Under the pieces are notes generated by a model. The model made no database searches, was not told the DNA's origin, and saw only the letters and a list, made by a program, of their open reading frames with translations. Shown one piece after another: positions 1-11,852 of a stretch of DNA of 64,000 nucleotides. Positions within the stretch are counted from its first letter, which is position 1. Every line of letters starts with the position of its first letter. Source of the DNA: Alphaproteobacteria bacterium (GTDB taxonomy: Bacteria; Pseudomonadota; Alphaproteobacteria; UBA828); assembly GCA_963422645.2 (NCBI GenBank), contig CAXXVO010000012.1:235873-299872 (forward strand), read 5' to 3'. A program made the position numbers and the translations under genes.

Positions 1-1
1 C

Positions 2-772
2 TATTTCCCGATCCGGGTCATCCCGGCGGCGGAGGCGCGCGCGATTCGGAGCGATGTCGAGGCCGCCGAGCGTCACCTCGCGGCCCAGGGCGAGCGGTTG
101 CGCCATCGTCCCCACCTGCTGGTGACCGCGCTCGACCGCCTGATCCGCAACGAGACGGTGCTGGATGCGGTGGAAGACCTGCTCGGTCCCAACCTGCTCT
201 GCTGGACCTCGCTCTTCTTCACCAAGGATGCGCACGACCCGGCCTTCGTCTCGATGCACCAGGACTCGACATACTGGGGCCTCAGCAGCCTCGAGGTGGC
301 GACCGCCTGGATTGCGCTCTCGCCCAGCACCGTGGAATCGGGTGCCATGCAGTTCGCGCCCGGCACCCACAAGCTCGACCAGATCGCCCACCGCGATACC
401 TTCCAGGAGCACAACATGCTCACGCGCGGCCAGATCGTGGAGCACGAGGTGGACGAAGACGAGGCCGTCGATGTCGTGCTGCAGCCGGGCGAAGCCTCGC
501 TGCACCACGTGCGCCTGATCCACGGCTCCGGCCCCAACAACTCCGACGACCGGCGCATCGGCTTCGCCATCCGCTACATCCCCACGCATGTGAGGAACGT
601 GGTCGGGCGCGACTTTGCGGCGCTGGTGCGGGGCGTCGACGAGTACGGGTATTTTGATGCCGAGCGCCGGCCCGAGCGCGACCTGGAGCCCGAGGCGCTG
701 GCGGCCTATGAGGCCGCGAACGCGAGCCACAACGCCGTGCTCTACGCGGGCGCGGCACAGATGCGGGGCTGA
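2..772 (+). CDS. Phytanoyl-CoA dioxygenase (PhyH) family Fe(II)/2OG dioxygenase, 5'-truncated by window edge
   Basis: Frame is open from base 2; HQD iron motif (MHQDSTYW), distal H in LIHGSGPN, and RRIGFAIRY. Confidence 0.85.
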   Translation, partial: YFPIRVIPAAEARAIRSDVEAAERHLAAQGERLRHRPHLLVTALDRLIRNETVLDAVEDLLGPNLLCWTSLFFTKDAHDPAFVSMHQDSTYWGLSSLEVATAWIALSPSTVESGAMQFAPGTHKLDQIAHRDTFQEHNMLTRGQIVEHEVDEDEAVDVVLQPGEASLHHVRLIHGSGPNNSDDRRIGFAIRYIPTHVRNVVGRDFAALVRGVDEYGYFDAERRPERDLEPEALAAYEAANASHNAVLYAGAAQMRG

Positions 773-1030
773 TCTGCGGCCCGCTTCGGCCCCTTCTCCT
801 CCGCGTACCGTGGCGCGATGCACAGCACGCGGTGACCCCAGATTGAGGGGGACGAGCGTCGGCGTCGCGGCTGCCGGCTTGCCCGGGGCATCCCACTCGT
901 CCCGCTCAATCCCGGCGAATCCCGCCAAAAAATTTCTCCGGGCGGACTTGCCAGGGAGCGACGATGGATGGCGAAGCCGCGCCGCATTGCGCTTTGCCGC
1001 CGCCCTTGGCCGGAGGGAGACCGTAGAGCG

Positions 1031-3064
1031 ATGAAGGGCCGCTCTCTGCTCTGGACGCCCCTTCGCCTCGGCCGAATCGAGCTTCGCAACCGCTTCGTGC
1101 TGCTGGCCCACTGGAACGGGCTCGACGCGCCGGACGGGACGCCGACGGAGGACCTCGCCGCCTACTACGAAGCGCGGGCCAGGGGCGGAGTCGGGCTCAT
1201 CGTGACCGGCAGCCACGCCATGCATCCCTCCGGCCAGATGAGCCCGAATTACGGCCGGGCGTGGGATCGAGACGCTATTCCCGCATACCGGCGGATCGTC
1301 GATGCGGTGCATCCCCATGGCGCGCACGTCTTCGCCCAGCTCAGCCATGCCGGGCACACCAGCCTCGAACACCCGCCGAAGGAGCTCTGGGCGCCCACCC
1401 AGATGCCCGAGCCCTATTCGCGCTACAACACGGTCGAGATGGGGCCGGCGGAGATCGAGGCGGTGATCGAGGGCTTCGCGGCGTCGGCGGTCAACATGCG
1501 CGACGCCGGTTACGACGGGGTCGAGATCAAGCTCGGCCACGACGGGCTGCTGCGCAGCTTCGTCTCGCCCTTCTTCAACCGCAGAGAGGACGCCTACGGC
1601 GGCTCCTTCGAGAAGCGCATGCGCCTCCCCCTCGAAGTGCTGGCGGCGGTGCGGGAGGCGGTCGGCCCCGACTGGCCCGTCTCGGTCCGCCTCTGCCTGC
1701 ACGAGTACACCCCCTTCGGCTACGACCTCGACTACGGCCTCGAGATCGGCCGCGCTCTTGCTGCAAGCGGGCACGTGGATCTCTTCTGCTCCGACGCGGG
1801 AACCTTCAGCAGCTTCTGGATGGAGATTCCGCCCTCGGCGGTGCCGCAGCTTGTCTTCAACGACCTGAACGCCGCGCTCAAGCGCGCGACTCCGATACCG
1901 GTGGTCGCCTTCGGCCGGATCAAGAACCCCGTGGACGCGGAAGGGATTCTCCAACAGGGCGATGCCGACCTCATCGGCATGGCGCGCCAGCTCATTGCGG
2001 ACCCGGAGCTGCCCAACAAGGTCCGGGATGGCCGGCTCGGCGAGGTGCGGCCCTGCATTGCCGGCAACGTCTGCCTCCATCAGATCGATCAGAGGGACCC
2101 GATCCGCTGCGCGTTGAACCCTGCGGCCGGGCAGGAACGCAGGCTGGGCGCGCTCGCGCCCGCCGCTCTGCCCCGTCACGTGGCGGTGGCCGGGGGCGGC
2201 CCGGCCGGGCTGAGCGCTGCGGTGACCTTGGCGCGGCGCGGCCATCGGGTCACCCTCTTCGAACGTGAGAACGAGCCGGGCGGCCTCATCCGGCTCGCAG
2301 CACGCCAGCCGCTGCACGCCGAGATTGGCGAATCGGTCGAGCATCTTGCCTCGGAGGCGGCGCGCGTCGGGGTCGATATCCGGCTGGGGGCGAGGGCGGG
2401 CGTGGATACGATCGAGGCGCTCGGCCCCGACGCGGTGATCGTCGCCACCGGCTCACGCCCCTACCTCCCGGGGCGCGATGCCCCTGACGGACCGAGCCCG
2501 CCCATTGCGGCGGAGGGCATGTGGGCGTCGATGGGCGGGTTCGTCCCGGGCCTCGCCGACGATCCCAGGGTGGTCTCGGTCGACGACGTGATGTCCGGAC
2601 GAATCGAAGCGGGGAAGAGCGTCGTCGTCCTCGACCGCAACGCCCACTGGGAGGCGTGCGGCACCGCCGAGTTCCTGCTGGAGGCAGGCCGGCGGGTCGA
2701 GTTCGTGACGCCTCTCGGGGCGGCCGGCGTGGACCTCGAACCGGGCAACGCCCCGCTCTTCTACCAGCGCGTCCGCCCGCAGGGGCTTCGCATCACGGTG
2801 CACGCGGACATCTGCTCGATAGGGCCGGAGGGCGTGGTCGTCGTCGACGTCCACACCAACGAGGAGCGGACTCTCCGCGATGTCGATACGATCGTGCTCG
2901 CCATCGGGCGCCGATCGAACGATGCGCTCTACTGGGCGTTGCGGGAGCGGCTGCCCACCTTCCGCATCGGAGATTGCCGCGCGCCGCGCCTTCTCGATAA
3001 CGCGATCCGCGACGGCGACGCCATCGGGCGCGAGCTCGATGCGCGGCTCGGCGAAGCCGGATGA
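1031..3064 (+). CDS. NADH:flavin oxidoreductase (OYE / 2,4-dienoyl-CoA reductase-like TIM barrel plus FAD/NAD-binding domains)
   Basis: LRNRFVL start, YYEARARGGVGLI, NRREDAYGGSFEKRMR, Fe-S cysteines (CIAGNVC...C), GGGPAGL; ATG at 1031 preferred. Confidence 0.85.
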   Translation: MKGRSLLWTPLRLGRIELRNRFVLLAHWNGLDAPDGTPTEDLAAYYEARARGGVGLIVTGSHAMHPSGQMSPNYGRAWDRDAIPAYRRIVDAVHPHGAHVFAQLSHAGHTSLEHPPKELWAPTQMPEPYSRYNTVEMGPAEIEAVIEGFAASAVNMRDAGYDGVEIKLGHDGLLRSFVSPFFNRREDAYGGSFEKRMRLPLEVLAAVREAVGPDWPVSVRLCLHEYTPFGYDLDYGLEIGRALAASGHVDLFCSDAGTFSSFWMEIPPSAVPQLVFNDLNAALKRATPIPVVAFGRIKNPVDAEGILQQGDADLIGMARQLIADPELPNKVRDGRLGEVRPCIAGNVCLHQIDQRDPIRCALNPAAGQERRLGALAPAALPRHVAVAGGGPAGLSAAVTLARRGHRVTLFERENEPGGLIRLAARQPLHAEIGESVEHLASEAARVGVDIRLGARAGVDTIEALGPDAVIVATGSRPYLPGRDAPDGPSPPIAAEGMWASMGGFVPGLADDPRVVSVDDVMSGRIEAGKSVVVLDRNAHWEACGTAEFLLEAGRRVEFVTPLGAAGVDLEPGNAPLFYQRVRPQGLRITVHADICSIGPEGVVVVDVHTNEERTLRDVDTIVLAIGRRSNDALYWALRERLPTFRIGDCRAPRLLDNAIRDGDAIGRELDARLGEAG

Positions 3065-3107
3065 CGACGACCGCGATTTGGGTGAGCGCACCCAGACGGA
3101 GGATTCC

Positions 3108-4520
3108 ATGACGGACTTGTCCCTCGCCTACACGTCAGCGACGACGCTTGCCGGACTGATCGGGGAGAAGAAGGTCTCGCCCGTCGAGGTGGTGCAGAAC
3201 AGCCTCGCACGCATCGAGGAGGTGAAGGGCGCCCTCAACGCCTTCTGCTTCACCTATCCGGAAGAGGCGCTGGCTCCGGCGCGGGAGGCCGAACGGGCTG
3301 TCATGGCAGGAGAGCCGCTTGGGCCGCTGCACGGCGTGCCGATCGCCATCAAGGATCTGACGCCGACCAAGGGGAAGCGAACCACGCTCGGCTCCAAGAT
3401 CTATGAGAACTGGGTGCCGGAGTTCGACGTGCCCATCGTCGAGCGCCTGCGCGCCGCTGGCAGCATCCTGGTGGGCAAGACCGCGACGCCCGAGTTCGCC
3501 TATGCCGGCTTTTGCAAGAGCGCGCTCTGGGGCGACACCAACAATCCCTGGGATACGACGCGCTCGCCGGGGGGCTCGTCCGGCGGATCGGGGGCGGCGG
3601 TCGCGGCCGGCTGTGTGCCGCTCGCCGAGGGCACCGACGCGGGCGGCTCGGTCCGCATCCCGGCGGCCTTCTGCGGCACCGTCGGACTGAAACCGACCTT
3701 CGGGCGTATCCCGCTCCAGATGCTGCCGACCGCGTTCGACGATCTTCTTCACTTCGGCCCGCTCGCGCGGACGGTTGCGGACGCTGCGCTCTTCCTCAGC
3801 GTCACCCAGGGTCCCGACGACCGCGATTTTCTGTCGTTGCCACAAGGCCCCGCGATCCGGGTTCCTCCGCCCTCGGATATCCGAGGCCTCAAGCTCGCGG
3901 TGAATTACGACTTCGGCTTCTACGCCATCGACGACGACGTGCGCGCTCAGACCCGGGAGGCCGCCCGCGCGCTCGAAGACGCCGGCGCCACGGTGGAGGA
4001 GGTGGAGATCGCTTGGACCCGCGACGTCATCGATCGCTGGGTCGAGCACTGGGGCGTGCTGCAAGCTGCGTGCTTCGGCCAGCATCTCGGGGAGTGGCGC
4101 GATCAGATGGACCCGGTGCTCGTCGCCTACATGGACAGGGGCCTCGCCATGGGCGCGGTCGACTTCAAGACTATCGAGATCTTCCGCACGCAGATGTGGG
4201 AGGACCTGCGGCCGATCTTTGCCGCGTACGACGCGCTGCTGACGCCCACCTGCGCGCAGCCGCCCCCGCCGAACGACACGCTCGATCCGGACTACTACCG
4301 TGTCGACGAGCAGGGGCGCTTCTGCGGGCTCTACATGACCTACCCCTTCAACTTCCTGCACCAGTGCCCGGCGCTCGCGGTGCCCTCCGGCGTCACGCAG
4401 TCGGGGCTGCCGACGAGCCTGCAGATCGTCGGCCGGCGCCACGACGACAACGGCGTGCTCAGGATCGGGGCCGCGCTCGAGGCGATCCGTCCCTGGGCCC
4501 AGCGCACGCCGCGGCTGTAG
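3108..4520 (+). CDS. Amidase signature family enzyme
   Basis: GPLHGVPIAIKD, PGGSSGGS, GTDAGGSVRIPA; GGAGG ribosome-binding site before ATG 3108. Confidence 0.9.
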   Translation: MTDLSLAYTSATTLAGLIGEKKVSPVEVVQNSLARIEEVKGALNAFCFTYPEEALAPAREAERAVMAGEPLGPLHGVPIAIKDLTPTKGKRTTLGSKIYENWVPEFDVPIVERLRAAGSILVGKTATPEFAYAGFCKSALWGDTNNPWDTTRSPGGSSGGSGAAVAAGCVPLAEGTDAGGSVRIPAAFCGTVGLKPTFGRIPLQMLPTAFDDLLHFGPLARTVADAALFLSVTQGPDDRDFLSLPQGPAIRVPPPSDIRGLKLAVNYDFGFYAIDDDVRAQTREAARALEDAGATVEEVEIAWTRDVIDRWVEHWGVLQAACFGQHLGEWRDQMDPVLVAYMDRGLAMGAVDFKTIEIFRTQMWEDLRPIFAAYDALLTPTCAQPPPPNDTLDPDYYRVDEQGRFCGLYMTYPFNFLHQCPALAVPSGVTQSGLPTSLQIVGRRHDDNGVLRIGAALEAIRPWAQRTPRL

Positions 4521-4615
4521 TCCTCCGGGCCTCGATGAGCGGACGCGCCCGCATTGCGCTTTGACGCAGCCTTGGGCATAAACGCGGCGCGTTCGTTGGG
4601 AGCGAGGCGACGGTC

Positions 4616-5932
4616 ATGCGGCGCTCACGTTACTTCTTGCCGACTCTGAGAGAGAACCCGGCCGAGGCGCAGATCGTCTCGCACCGGCTGATGCTGCGCG
4701 CGGGCATGATCCGGCAATCGAGCGCCGGCATCTACAGCTGGCTGCCGCTCGGCCACCGGGTGCTGCGCAAGATCGAGCAGGTGGTGCGCGAGGAAATGGA
4801 CGCCGCCGGCTGCCAGGAGATCCTGATGCCGGCGGTGCAGCCGGCCGAGCTCTGGGAGGAGAGCGGCCGCTACCACGATTACGGCAAGGAGATGCTGCGC
4901 TTCACCGACCGGCACGAGCGCCCGATGCTCTTCGGCCCCACCCATGAAGAGGTCGTGACCGATATCTTCCGGAGCTCCGTGCGCAGCTACCGCGACCTGC
5001 CGCAGAACCTCTATCAGATTCAGTGGAAGTTTCGGGACGAGCTGCGCCCGCGCTTCGGCATCATGCGGGGCCGCGAGTTCTACATGAAGGACAACTATTC
5101 CTTCGACTTGGACCATGCCGGCGCCGTGCGCTCCTACAACAAGATGTTCGTGGCCTACCTGCGCACCTTCGCCCGGCTCGGGCTCACCTCGATCCCGATG
5201 CAGGCGGAGAGCGGGGCCATCGGCGGCGACTACAGCCACGAGTTCATCGTGTTGGCGGATACCGGCGAGAGCGCCGTCTTTTGCGATCGCGCCTGGCTCG
5301 ACACCGACCCGCTCGCGCTGGGGATCGACTACGAGGCCGAGCTTCAGCCGATCGTGGACGAGTGGACCCGGCTCTACGCCGCTACCGACGACAAGCACGA
5401 CCCCGCCGCCTGCCCGGTGCCGGAGGATGCGCTCTACCAGGGGCGGGGCATCGAGGTCGGCCACATCTTCTACTTCGGCACCAAGTACTCGAAGGCCATG
5501 GGCGCCACGGTGAACGACCCGGACGGCGCCGAGGTCGCGGTGGAGATGGGCTCCTACGGGATCGGCGTCTCGCGCCTTGCGGGCGCGATCATCGAGGCGA
5601 GCCACGACGAGGCCGGTATCATCTGGCCCGAGGTCGCGGCCCCCTTCAAGGTGGGCCTGATCAACCTGCGCGTGGGCGATGCGGGATGCGACGAGGCCTG
5701 CGAAGCGCTCTACAGGCAGCTCGTCGAGGCGGGAGTCGAGGTGCTCTACGACGACCGGGACGAGCGCGCGGGCGTCAAGTTCGCCGAGATGGAGCTGATC
5801 GGGCTGCCCTGGCAGGTCGCGATCGGCCCGCGCGGCGTCAAGTCGGGCACGGCGGAGTTGAAGGCGCGGGCCGGCGGCGAGGCCGAGGCGCTCTCGTTCG
5901 AGTCGGTGTCGGCACGCCTGATAGAAGGCTAG
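4616..5932 (+). CDS. proS: Proline--tRNA ligase (short alphaproteobacterial type)
   Basis: [37 protein letters not shown], anticodon-binding [11 protein letters not shown]. Confidence 0.97.
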   Translation: MRRSRYFLPTLRENPAEAQIVSHRLMLRAGMIRQSSAGIYSWLPLGHRVLRKIEQVVREEMDAAGCQEILMPAVQPAELWEESGRYHDYGKEMLRFTDRHERPMLFGPTHEEVVTDIFRSSVRSYRDLPQNLYQIQWKFRDELRPRFGIMRGREFYMKDNYSFDLDHAGAVRSYNKMFVAYLRTFARLGLTSIPMQAESGAIGGDYSHEFIVLADTGESAVFCDRAWLDTDPLALGIDYEAELQPIVDEWTRLYAATDDKHDPAACPVPEDALYQGRGIEVGHIFYFGTKYSKAMGATVNDPDGAEVAVEMGSYGIGVSRLAGAIIEASHDEAGIIWPEVAAPFKVGLINLRVGDAGCDEACEALYRQLVEAGVEVLYDDRDERAGVKFAEMELIGLPWQVAIGPRGVKSGTAELKARAGGEAEALSFESVSARLIEG

Positions 5933-5944
5933 CGACCGACACGC

Positions 5945-7181
5945 ATGTTCTCAGCCTTCGAACGCCTCGTCGCGTTTCGCTACCTGCGCGCCCGCCGGCA
6001 GGAAGGTCTCGTCTCGGTCATCGCGGCGTTCTCGCTGATCGGCATATTCCTGGGCGTCGCCACGCTCATCATCGTCATGTCGGTGATGAACGGCTTTCGC
6101 GAGGAGCTGCTGACCCGGATTCTCGGTCTTAACGGCCACATGACGACCTATGCCTTCGAGGACGGCTTCACCGACTTCGATGCGCTCGCGGGACGCATCC
6201 AAGGGGTGGATGGCATCGTCACCGTCTCGCCCATCGTCACCGGGCAGGTGATCGCAGCGGCGAACGGCAGGGCCACCTTCGGCCAGGTGCGGGGCGTGCG
6301 CGAGGCCCACCTGGAGGCGCGGCCCTTGCTGATGGAGAACGTGGTCGGGGGCACGCTCGACGATTTTGCCGCCGGGGAAGGCGTCGTGATCGGCAACCGC
6401 ATGGCCCGCAAGCTCGGCGTCAGCGTCGGCGATTCGATCACGCTGCTCTCGCCGGAAGGCCGGACCACCCTGATGGGGTCGGTGCCGCGCTCGCGCGCTT
6501 ACGCCGTGGCGGCGACCTTCGACATCGGCATGTTCGAGTACGACTCCACCTTCGTCTTCATGCCGCTCGACCTGGCTCAGATCTATTTCAGGAAGAAGGG
6601 CGCGGTCACCGCCATTGAAATGACAGTCGCAGACCCCGAGCGCATACGTGAGGTCGAGTCCGCGGTCAAGCAGGTCGTGGGCAGCCAGGGCTGGATCGTG
6701 GACTGGCGGCGAGCCAACGCGCAGTTCGTCAACGCGCTCCAGGTCGAGCGCAACGTCATGTTCGTGATCCTGACCCTGATCGTGCTGGTGGCCGCCTTCA
6801 ACATCATCGCCGGGCTGATCATGGTGGTGAAGGACAAGGGCCGCGACATCGCGATCCTGCGAACCATGGGGGCGACGCGCGGGCAGATTCTGCGCATCTT
6901 CTTCATGAACGGCGCGGCGATCGGGGTGGCGGGCACCGTGCTGGGCGTGGGCGGCGGCATCGCCTTCGCCGCCAACATCGATACCATCCGCGTCTGGCTG
7001 GAGGGCTTGACCGACACGGCGCTGTTCCCGGCCGAGATTAGATTCCTCTCCCAGCTCCCGTCGCGGACCGATCCGACCGAGGTGGTGATCGTGGCGGCGA
7101 TGGCAATCGGCCTCTCGTTCCTGGCGACGATCTATCCCGCGTGGCGGGCGGCGCGGCTCGATCCGGTGGAGGCGCTCCGCT

Positions 7182-7189
<8 letters not shown>
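5945..7189 (+). CDS. lolC: Lipoprotein-releasing ABC transporter permease LolC/E
   Basis: FRYLRARR, VMSVMNGF, VAAFNII, DIAILRTMGA, YPAWRAARLDPVEALRYE. Confidence 0.92.
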
Positions 7190-7880
<691 letters not shown>

Positions 7881-7884
7881 ACCG

Positions 7885-8610
7885 ATGACCTCAGATCCAA
7901 GTACCGCGCCCGTGCTGCTCGTGACCCACGTCACGGCCTTCGACGTCGGTGCGATCCCGGACCTGCTCGCCGACCGCGGGCAGCCGTCGCGGGTCATGCG
8001 GGCCAACAAGGGCGAACCCTTTCCGCAGGATGTCGAATCGCTTGGCGGCTTGGTCAGCTTCGGGGGACCGCAGAGCGCGAACGACGATCACATCGACTAC
8101 GTGCGCGCCGAGCTCAATTGGATGCCGCGCGTGATGGCGGCCGGTGTGCCCCTGCTCGGCATCTGCCTCGGGGGCCAGATGGTGGCGCGTACCCTGGGTG
8201 CCGCGGTGGGGCCAGACCCGAACGGGCTCTACGAGTTCGGTTACTACCCGATCGAGCCGGTGGACGGTGCGGCCGAAGAGCTGGCCCTCGACGGGACGCT
8301 CAACGTGGCGCACCGCCATGGCGAGGCGTTCACGATCCCCGCCGGCGCGCGCAGGCTCGCGCGGCGCGACTTGTTCGAGAACCAGGCATTTCGCTACGGG
8401 GCGACGACCTGGGGCGTGCAGTTCCATCCCGAGGTCAACGACACGGTGCTGGGGCGCTGGCTCGACTGCGATCCGCCGCCAGAAGACCTGGAACGCAGCG
8501 GCGCGCAGACGGTGGCGGTGCAGCACGCCAATCACGCGCGCCATCACCGGGCGATGCACGACTGGCTCGGGCGCTTCCTCGCGCTTTGGCTCGCCAGTGC
8601 GGAGCGCTGA
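7885..8610 (+). CDS. Class I glutamine amidotransferase-like protein
   Basis: LGICLGGQ nucleophile elbow and GVQFHPE. Confidence 0.85.
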   Translation: MTSDPSTAPVLLVTHVTAFDVGAIPDLLADRGQPSRVMRANKGEPFPQDVESLGGLVSFGGPQSANDDHIDYVRAELNWMPRVMAAGVPLLGICLGGQMVARTLGAAVGPDPNGLYEFGYYPIEPVDGAAEELALDGTLNVAHRHGEAFTIPAGARRLARRDLFENQAFRYGATTWGVQFHPEVNDTVLGRWLDCDPPPEDLERSGAQTVAVQHANHARHHRAMHDWLGRFLALWLASAER

Positions 8611-8611
8611 C

Positions 8612-9205
8612 ATGGTCAAGAGCCTGATCGTCGGCGTGACCGGCGCGAGCGGCGCCGTCTACGGCGTGCGCCTGCTCGAGGTGCTGCGCGAGACACCGGT
8701 CGAGACCCACCTCGTGGTCAGCAAATGGGGGCAGAGAACGCTGGAGCACGAGACCGGCCGAAGGCTCGAGGACCTGCGCGCGCTCGCGGATCACCACTAC
8801 GGCGCGGGCGACATGGCTGCCCTGATGTCGTCGGGCTCGGCGGCCATCGACGGCATGGTGATCGCGCCCTGCTCGGCAAGGAGCCTCGCGGCGATCGCCT
8901 GCGGGCTGAGCGAGAATCTGATTCATCGGGCCGCCGACGTCATAATCAAGGAGCGCCGGCCGCTTGTGCTCATGGTGCGGGAGACACCGCTCAGCGCCAT
9001 CCACCTGGAGAACATGCTCAAGCTGGCGCGGCTCGGGGTGACGATCCAGCCCCCCGTTCCCGCCTTCTACAACGAGCCGGGATCGATCGACGAGATCGTC
9101 GACTATACTGTCGCCAGGGCGTTGGATCAGTTCGGGCTCAAGCTCGATCTGGGCGAGCGCTGGCGTGGCGAGCTTGCGCGCAGCGTCGTTTCGTCCGAGG
9201 GCTGA
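8612..9205 (+). CDS. ubiX: Flavin prenyltransferase
   Basis: GVTGASGAVYG, APCS, RAADVIIKERRPLVLMVRETPLSAIHLENM, PPVPAFY. Confidence 0.93.
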   Translation: MVKSLIVGVTGASGAVYGVRLLEVLRETPVETHLVVSKWGQRTLEHETGRRLEDLRALADHHYGAGDMAALMSSGSAAIDGMVIAPCSARSLAAIACGLSENLIHRAADVIIKERRPLVLMVRETPLSAIHLENMLKLARLGVTIQPPVPAFYNEPGSIDEIVDYTVARALDQFGLKLDLGERWRGELARSVVSSEG

Positions 9206-9239
9206 TGCAGGTTGGGGCCGGCTTGGCCGGGCCTCGAGA

Positions 9240-9908
9240 TCAGAACGTGTGGGCTGCCGCGATTGCGATGGCCCGTTCGATATCGGCGATGGCGCCGGCC
9301 ATCTCGCGCCCGATCAGGTCCATCTTGCGGACTTGCTCGATGCGGGGCTCGACCCGGTCGATCTCCCGCTTCGAGTAGATCGTCCGCAGGATGTTGCAGC
9401 TATCGACGAGACAGATCAGGGCGACATCACGCGGGTCGGGAATCTCGTCCGAGAACAGCACGTCCGAGATTCGTTTCTTCGCCTCCTGCTCAATCTTGCC
9501 GTCGAAGGTCGGATAGCGGCGGGAGCGAAACACCCAAAGAAACTTTTCTTTCTGGCGCTGCAAGACACCGCGTTCCACCAGCTTTTCGAGCGCGGTCGCC
9601 CGAATTGTCACGTCGTGGCTGGCGGATGCCTCCTCGGCGGAGAGAGTCTCGATCCAGGCCCTGCTGTCGGCGACGCCTTTCTCGCCCGCGATCCGGGCCA
9701 GGGTGCGGTCGAGCAGGGAATCGCCCGTCGGGTCGGAATTGATGACCACCAGCTGCTCGGGGTCGGTATCGATCCGGTTCGCGAACGCCAGGTCCATGAG
9801 GACCGCACCCGTGAGCGCGCGGTTGAGCGTGTGCTCGCTCACCGGCAGGAAGGTGCCGTTCTCGTCATGGAGAAGGAGCACCATGATTTCTTCGTAGAAT
9901 GTCAGCAT
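9240..9908 (-). CDS. GOLPH3/VPS74 (GPP34) family protein
   Basis: MLTFYEEIMVLLLHDE, ALTGAVLMDL, LVERGVL...KFLWVF..RRYP pattern. Confidence 0.75.
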   Translation of the reverse strand: MLTFYEEIMVLLLHDENGTFLPVSEHTLNRALTGAVLMDLAFANRIDTDPEQLVVINSDPTGDSLLDRTLARIAGEKGVADSRAWIETLSAEEASASHDVTIRATALEKLVERGVLQRQKEKFLWVFRSRRYPTFDGKIEQEAKKRISDVLFSDEIPDPRDVALICLVDSCNILRTIYSKREIDRVEPRIEQVRKMDLIGREMAGAIADIERAIAIAAAHTF

Positions 9909-9961
9909 GAAACCGTTTCCCGAGGGTCAGGGTGAGGGCCGGCGGCTCGGGGAGCCGCGCC

Positions 9962-10297
9962 TCAAGCGACCGCGGCGAGCGCAGCCTCGTTCGTTTCGTG
10001 GCACTCGATGATCGCGAGAAATCCGCTCATCTCCATGACCGCCCGACACTCGGGCTGCAGGGCCGCCATAGCCAGCTTCCCGCCACCTTGCTGACACTTA
10101 CGGGCGCTGATGAGCAGGACACGCAGGCCGGCACTGCTGACGTAGCCCATCTGGCTGCACTCCAGCACCAGTCGCACGTCGCCACGTTCCACGATTGCGG
10201 CGACTTTCGCCTCCAGGTCCGGCGCAGTCATCCCGTCCAACCGGCCGTTGAGGGAGACGACGACCGCCGTTCCCTCTGTCCGTTCCTCGATTTCCAT
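9962..10297 (-). CDS. STAS-domain anti-sigma factor antagonist
   Basis: LNGRLD and YVSSAGLRVLL motifs; 111 aa. Confidence 0.88.
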   Translation of the reverse strand: MEIEERTEGTAVVVSLNGRLDGMTAPDLEAKVAAIVERGDVRLVLECSQMGYVSSAGLRVLLISARKCQQGGGKLAMAALQPECRAVMEMSGFLAIIECHETNEAALAAVA

Positions 10298-10382
10298 CGC
10301 GGTCTCGCTCTCCGCTTTGGGTTGCTCGCGCCAACGGGCACGGGCGGCAAAGATACGCTGTTAGAGTCGTTCTCTGCAATGG

Positions 10383-11612
10383 TCACACGCTGCCGCCGTC
10401 ACGCCAGAGTCGGGGCCAGTTGAGACCGAGGAGGAGGGCGGCGACCAGGCCCTCCGCCGCGACGATGCGCACGGCATTGGCAACGCCGAAGAGCTCGCCC
10501 ATGAGCCCGATATTGGTGAACCCGATCACGCCGGCGCCGATCGTGAGCGAGAGGATGCCGAGCATGCGGCCGCGCATCTCCGGCGGCGCCATCCCGTATA
10601 TCAGGACGGTTTGCATGGTGGAGAAGCCGGCCGCGCCGAGCCCTACGAAGAAGATCACGATCGCCATCGGCGCGGTCTCCGTCATCCAGCTCGCGACGAA
10701 GGCCAGAGCGGAATAGCTCGCGGTGCCAAAGAAGTAGAAGCGGCGGTATGCGCCTGGCCGGACGCCGATGGCGGCGATCAGCAGCGCCCCGGTGAAAGCG
10801 CCGCCGCCCTCCAGCGCGGCGAGGCCGCCGATGGCGGCGGGGCTCAGGCCGAGCTTCTCCGTGCCGATGACCGGGATCATCGAGACGAAGGGGAAGCCCC
10901 AGATGTTGAAGATCACCGTGACGTAGAGGATGCGGCGGATTTCCGGCTCGCGGGCGAGGAAGCGGAAGCCTTCACGCAGATCGCCGAGAAGCCTTGCCGA
11001 GCGCTGGCCGGCGCCGGACGCAAAGGCCTTCGGAAGACCCGGTGTCAGCATCAGGCACAACGCGTAGAGCACCGCTGCCAGGCCGAATGCGCCGCCGAGA
11101 CCGAGCCACTGGTAGAGCAGGCCGCCGAAGAGCGGACCGATGAGCCGCATGGCGTTGCTCGTGGCGCTGTCGAGGCTCATGCCGGCGGCGATTCGCCCCG
11201 CGCCGGCGACGTCGCCGATCATCCGCCGGCGGACGGGCATGTCCGTGGTCCAGACGACGCCGGAGAGGAAGGTCGCAAGCGCGATGTGCCAATAGGCGGC
11301 GATGCCCGAGAGCGCGAGGGCGAGGACGGCGAGCGAGACCAGCGCTGCGAGCCCGTGTGAACTGTAGAGCAGAATTCGCGGGGACACGCGGTCGGCGAAG
11401 GTGCCGACGATGGAGCCGAATACGGCCAGCGGCAGCATGCGTAGGATGACGAGCAGCGCCACCAGCACCGGCGATCCGGTGGTCTCCACGGCGAAGATGC
11501 CGACCACCAGGAGCTCCAGCCAGCGGGAGCCCATGCTGAGGAGGCCGATGAGCCAGAGGCGCAGATAGAGCGGGTCGCCCAGGAGCTCGGTCAGCCGGCG
11601 CGGCAGGATCAT
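10383..11612 (-). CDS. MFS transporter
   Basis: About 12 hydrophobic segments; GTFADRVSPR motif A; APPEMRGRMLG. Confidence 0.85.
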   Translation of the reverse strand: MILPRRLTELLGDPLYLRLWLIGLLSMGSRWLELLVVGIFAVETTGSPVLVALLVILRMLPLAVFGSIVGTFADRVSPRILLYSSHGLAALVSLAVLALALSGIAAYWHIALATFLSGVVWTTDMPVRRRMIGDVAGAGRIAAGMSLDSATSNAMRLIGPLFGGLLYQWLGLGGAFGLAAVLYALCLMLTPGLPKAFASGAGQRSARLLGDLREGFRFLAREPEIRRILYVTVIFNIWGFPFVSMIPVIGTEKLGLSPAAIGGLAALEGGGAFTGALLIAAIGVRPGAYRRFYFFGTASYSALAFVASWMTETAPMAIVIFFVGLGAAGFSTMQTVLIYGMAPPEMRGRMLGILSLTIGAGVIGFTNIGLMGELFGVANAVRIVAAEGLVAALLLGLNWPRLWRDGGSV

Positions 11613-11790
11613 CGATGGCGCCTCGCGTTGGGCGGCAGGGTAGAGGGGACAAAGAGCCAGCCGGTGGCCCGGTGGGACATTGGAACGCGCGGCGCGCAAA
11701 GCGCCCATGCCCCCTCACTATGACACGAACCGGGGTGCGCTGGGGGACAGCGGTCTGGCCGTCGCGAATCGGCGTGTAATCCGGTGTCGC

Positions 11791-11817
11791 GGCATTGATT
11801 TCATTGCAATCAACGCC
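11791..11817. promoter_or_regulatory. Palindromic operator candidate upstream of the antitoxin
   Basis: GGCATTGATT-TCATTGC-AATCAACGCC imperfect inverted repeat about 35 bp before the RHH antitoxin start. Confidence 0.5.
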
Positions 11818-11852
11818 TACATTCTTGAGGGTTGAGAGGGAGGGGTGGCGCA

